64,000 nucleotides of DNA, taken from the NCBI GenBank assembly GCA_030390025.1, contig JASTWF010000033.1, forward strand, positions 4,156,001 through 4,220,000, written 5' to 3'. Origin of the DNA: Squalus acanthias. Lineage: Eukaryota. Position numbers and translations under genes: made by a program. Positions 62,401 to 64,000 of this stretch are shown here, one piece after another; within the stretch, counting starts at the first letter, position 1; the number at the start of each line of letters is the position of its first letter. Under the pieces are notes generated by a model. The model saw only the letters and a list, made by a program, of their open reading frames with translations. It was not told the origin of the DNA and searched no databases.

Positions 62401-64000
62401 TACAGATGTCTGGGTCTGTCAAATTAATTGTCTAAATCTGTTCGTGAAATGAGCTGTCTGTTTTTTTTCAAATTTGCTTTCCATGTCTGTGAATGTTGGT
62501 GTCTGAGTCTGTGAATGGATCTGTCTAGGTCAGTGAATGGAGCTGTCTGAGACTGTGAATGGAGCTGTCTGAGTCTGTGAATGGAGCTATCTGGGTCTGT
62601 GAATGGAGCTGTCTGGGTTTCTGAATGGAACTGTCTGGGTCTGTGAATGGAGCTGTCTGAGTCAGTGAATGGAGCTGTCTGTGTCTGTGAATGGAGCTGT
62701 CTGAGTCTGTGAATGGAGCTGCCTGGGTCTGTGAATGAAGGTGTCTGGGTCTGTGAATGGAGCTGTCTGAGTCTGTGAATGGAGCTGTCTGGGTCTGTGA
62801 ATGGAGCTGTCTGGGTCTGTGAATGGTGCTGTCTGTGTCTGTGAATGGAGCTGTCTGGGTCTGTGAATGGAGCTGTCTGGGTCTGTGAATGGAGCTGTCT
62901 GGGTCTGTGAATGGATCTGTCTGGGTCTGTGAATGAATCTTTCTGGGTCTGTGAATAGAGCTGTCTGGATCTGTGAATGGAGCTGTCTGGGTCTGTGAAT
63001 GGTGCTGTCTGAGTCTGTGAATGGAGCTGTCTGGGTCTGTGAATGGAGCTGTCTGGGTCTTTGAATGGAGCTGTCTGGGTCTGTGAATGGATCTGTCTGG
63101 GTCTGTGAATGGATCTTTCTGGGTCTGTGAATAGAGCTGTCTGGATCTGTGAATGGAGCTGTCTGGGTCTGTGAATGGAGCTGTCTGAATCTGTAATTGG
63201 AGCTGTCTGGGTCTGTAAATGGAGCTGTTTGGGTCTGTGAATGGAGCTGTCTGAGTCTGTGAATGGAACTGTCTGGGTCCGTGAATGGAGCTGCCTGGGT
63301 CTTTGAATAGAGCTGTCTGGGTCTGTGAATGGAGCTGTCTGAATCTGTAAATGGTGCTGTCTGTGTCTGTGACTGGAGCTGTCTGTGTCTGTGAATGAAC
63401 TGTCTGGGTCTGTTATTGGAGCTGTTTGAGTCTGTGAATGGAGCTGTCTGTGTCTGTGAATGGAGCTGTCTGAGTCTGTGAATGGAGCTGTCTGGGTCTG
63501 TGAATGGAGCTGTCTGGGTCTGTGAATGGTGCTGTCTGAGTCTGTGAATGGAGCTGTCTGGGTCTGTGAATGGAGCTGTCTGGGTCTGTGAATGGTGCTG
63601 TCTGAGTCTGTGAATGGAGCTGTCTGGGTCTGTGAATGGAGCGGTCTGGGTCTGTGAATGGAGCTGTCTGGGTCTGTGAATGGATCTGTCTGGGTCTGTG
63701 AATGGATCTTTCTGGGTCTGTGAATAGAGCTGTCTGGATCTGTGAAATAAACTTTCGGAGTCTGTGAATGGAGCTGTCTGAGTCTCTGAAATGAACTTTC
63801 TGAGTCTGTAAATGGAGCAATCTGGGTCTGTAAATGGAGCTGTTTGGGTCTGTGAATGGAGCTGTCTGGGTCTGTGAATGGAGCTGTCTGAATCTGTAAT
63901 TGGAGCTGTCTGGGTCTGTAAATGGAGCTGTTTTGGTCTGTGAATGGAGCTGTCTGTGTCTGTGAATGGAGCTGACTGTGTCTGTGAATGGAGCTGTCTG
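50499..64000. repeat. 22-bp satellite array (gtctgtgaatggagctgtctgg), over 13.5 kb and running off the window
   Basis: Period of 22 read directly (e.g. 55861 to 55883); recurrent variant blocks. Confidence 0.97.

Noticed and set aside
57856..63820. Minus-strand ORFs up to 271 aa (QTAPFTDPDSSIHR)
   Set aside because: Stop-poor strand of a 22-bp satellite; the period is not a multiple of 3

Overview
Repeat-dense vertebrate genomic DNA. The SINE/CR1 repertoire (V-SINE and Deu-domain SINE, CR1 with esterase ORF1) strongly suggests a shark or other cartilaginous fish; this is inferred, not verified. No intact recognisable host gene is present. (1) 3146-12746: a decayed LTR-pro/pol-env-LTR endogenous retrovirus with a foamy-like RT, tether plus retroviral RNase H, integrase, and an env built like an F-type fusion protein (lokiretrovirus-like) with an apparent Ig-like domain. 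gag and the PBS are missing and the two LTRs differ markedly. (2) About 20-45 kb: five diverged copies of an unrecognised promoter/exon module, three on the minus strand to the left and two on the plus strand to the right, i.e. an inverted, segmentally duplicated and mostly pseudogenised gene family, among many CR1 fragments. (3) A Vingi-like LINE, a 5S rRNA pseudogene fragment, and a Penelope-like GIY-YIG element with a minimal hammerhead ribozyme. (4) From about 44.9 kb to the end: consecutive 37-bp, 18-bp and 22-bp tandem arrays, the last with higher-order structure. Family assignments come from motif recognition by eye; no database searches were run.
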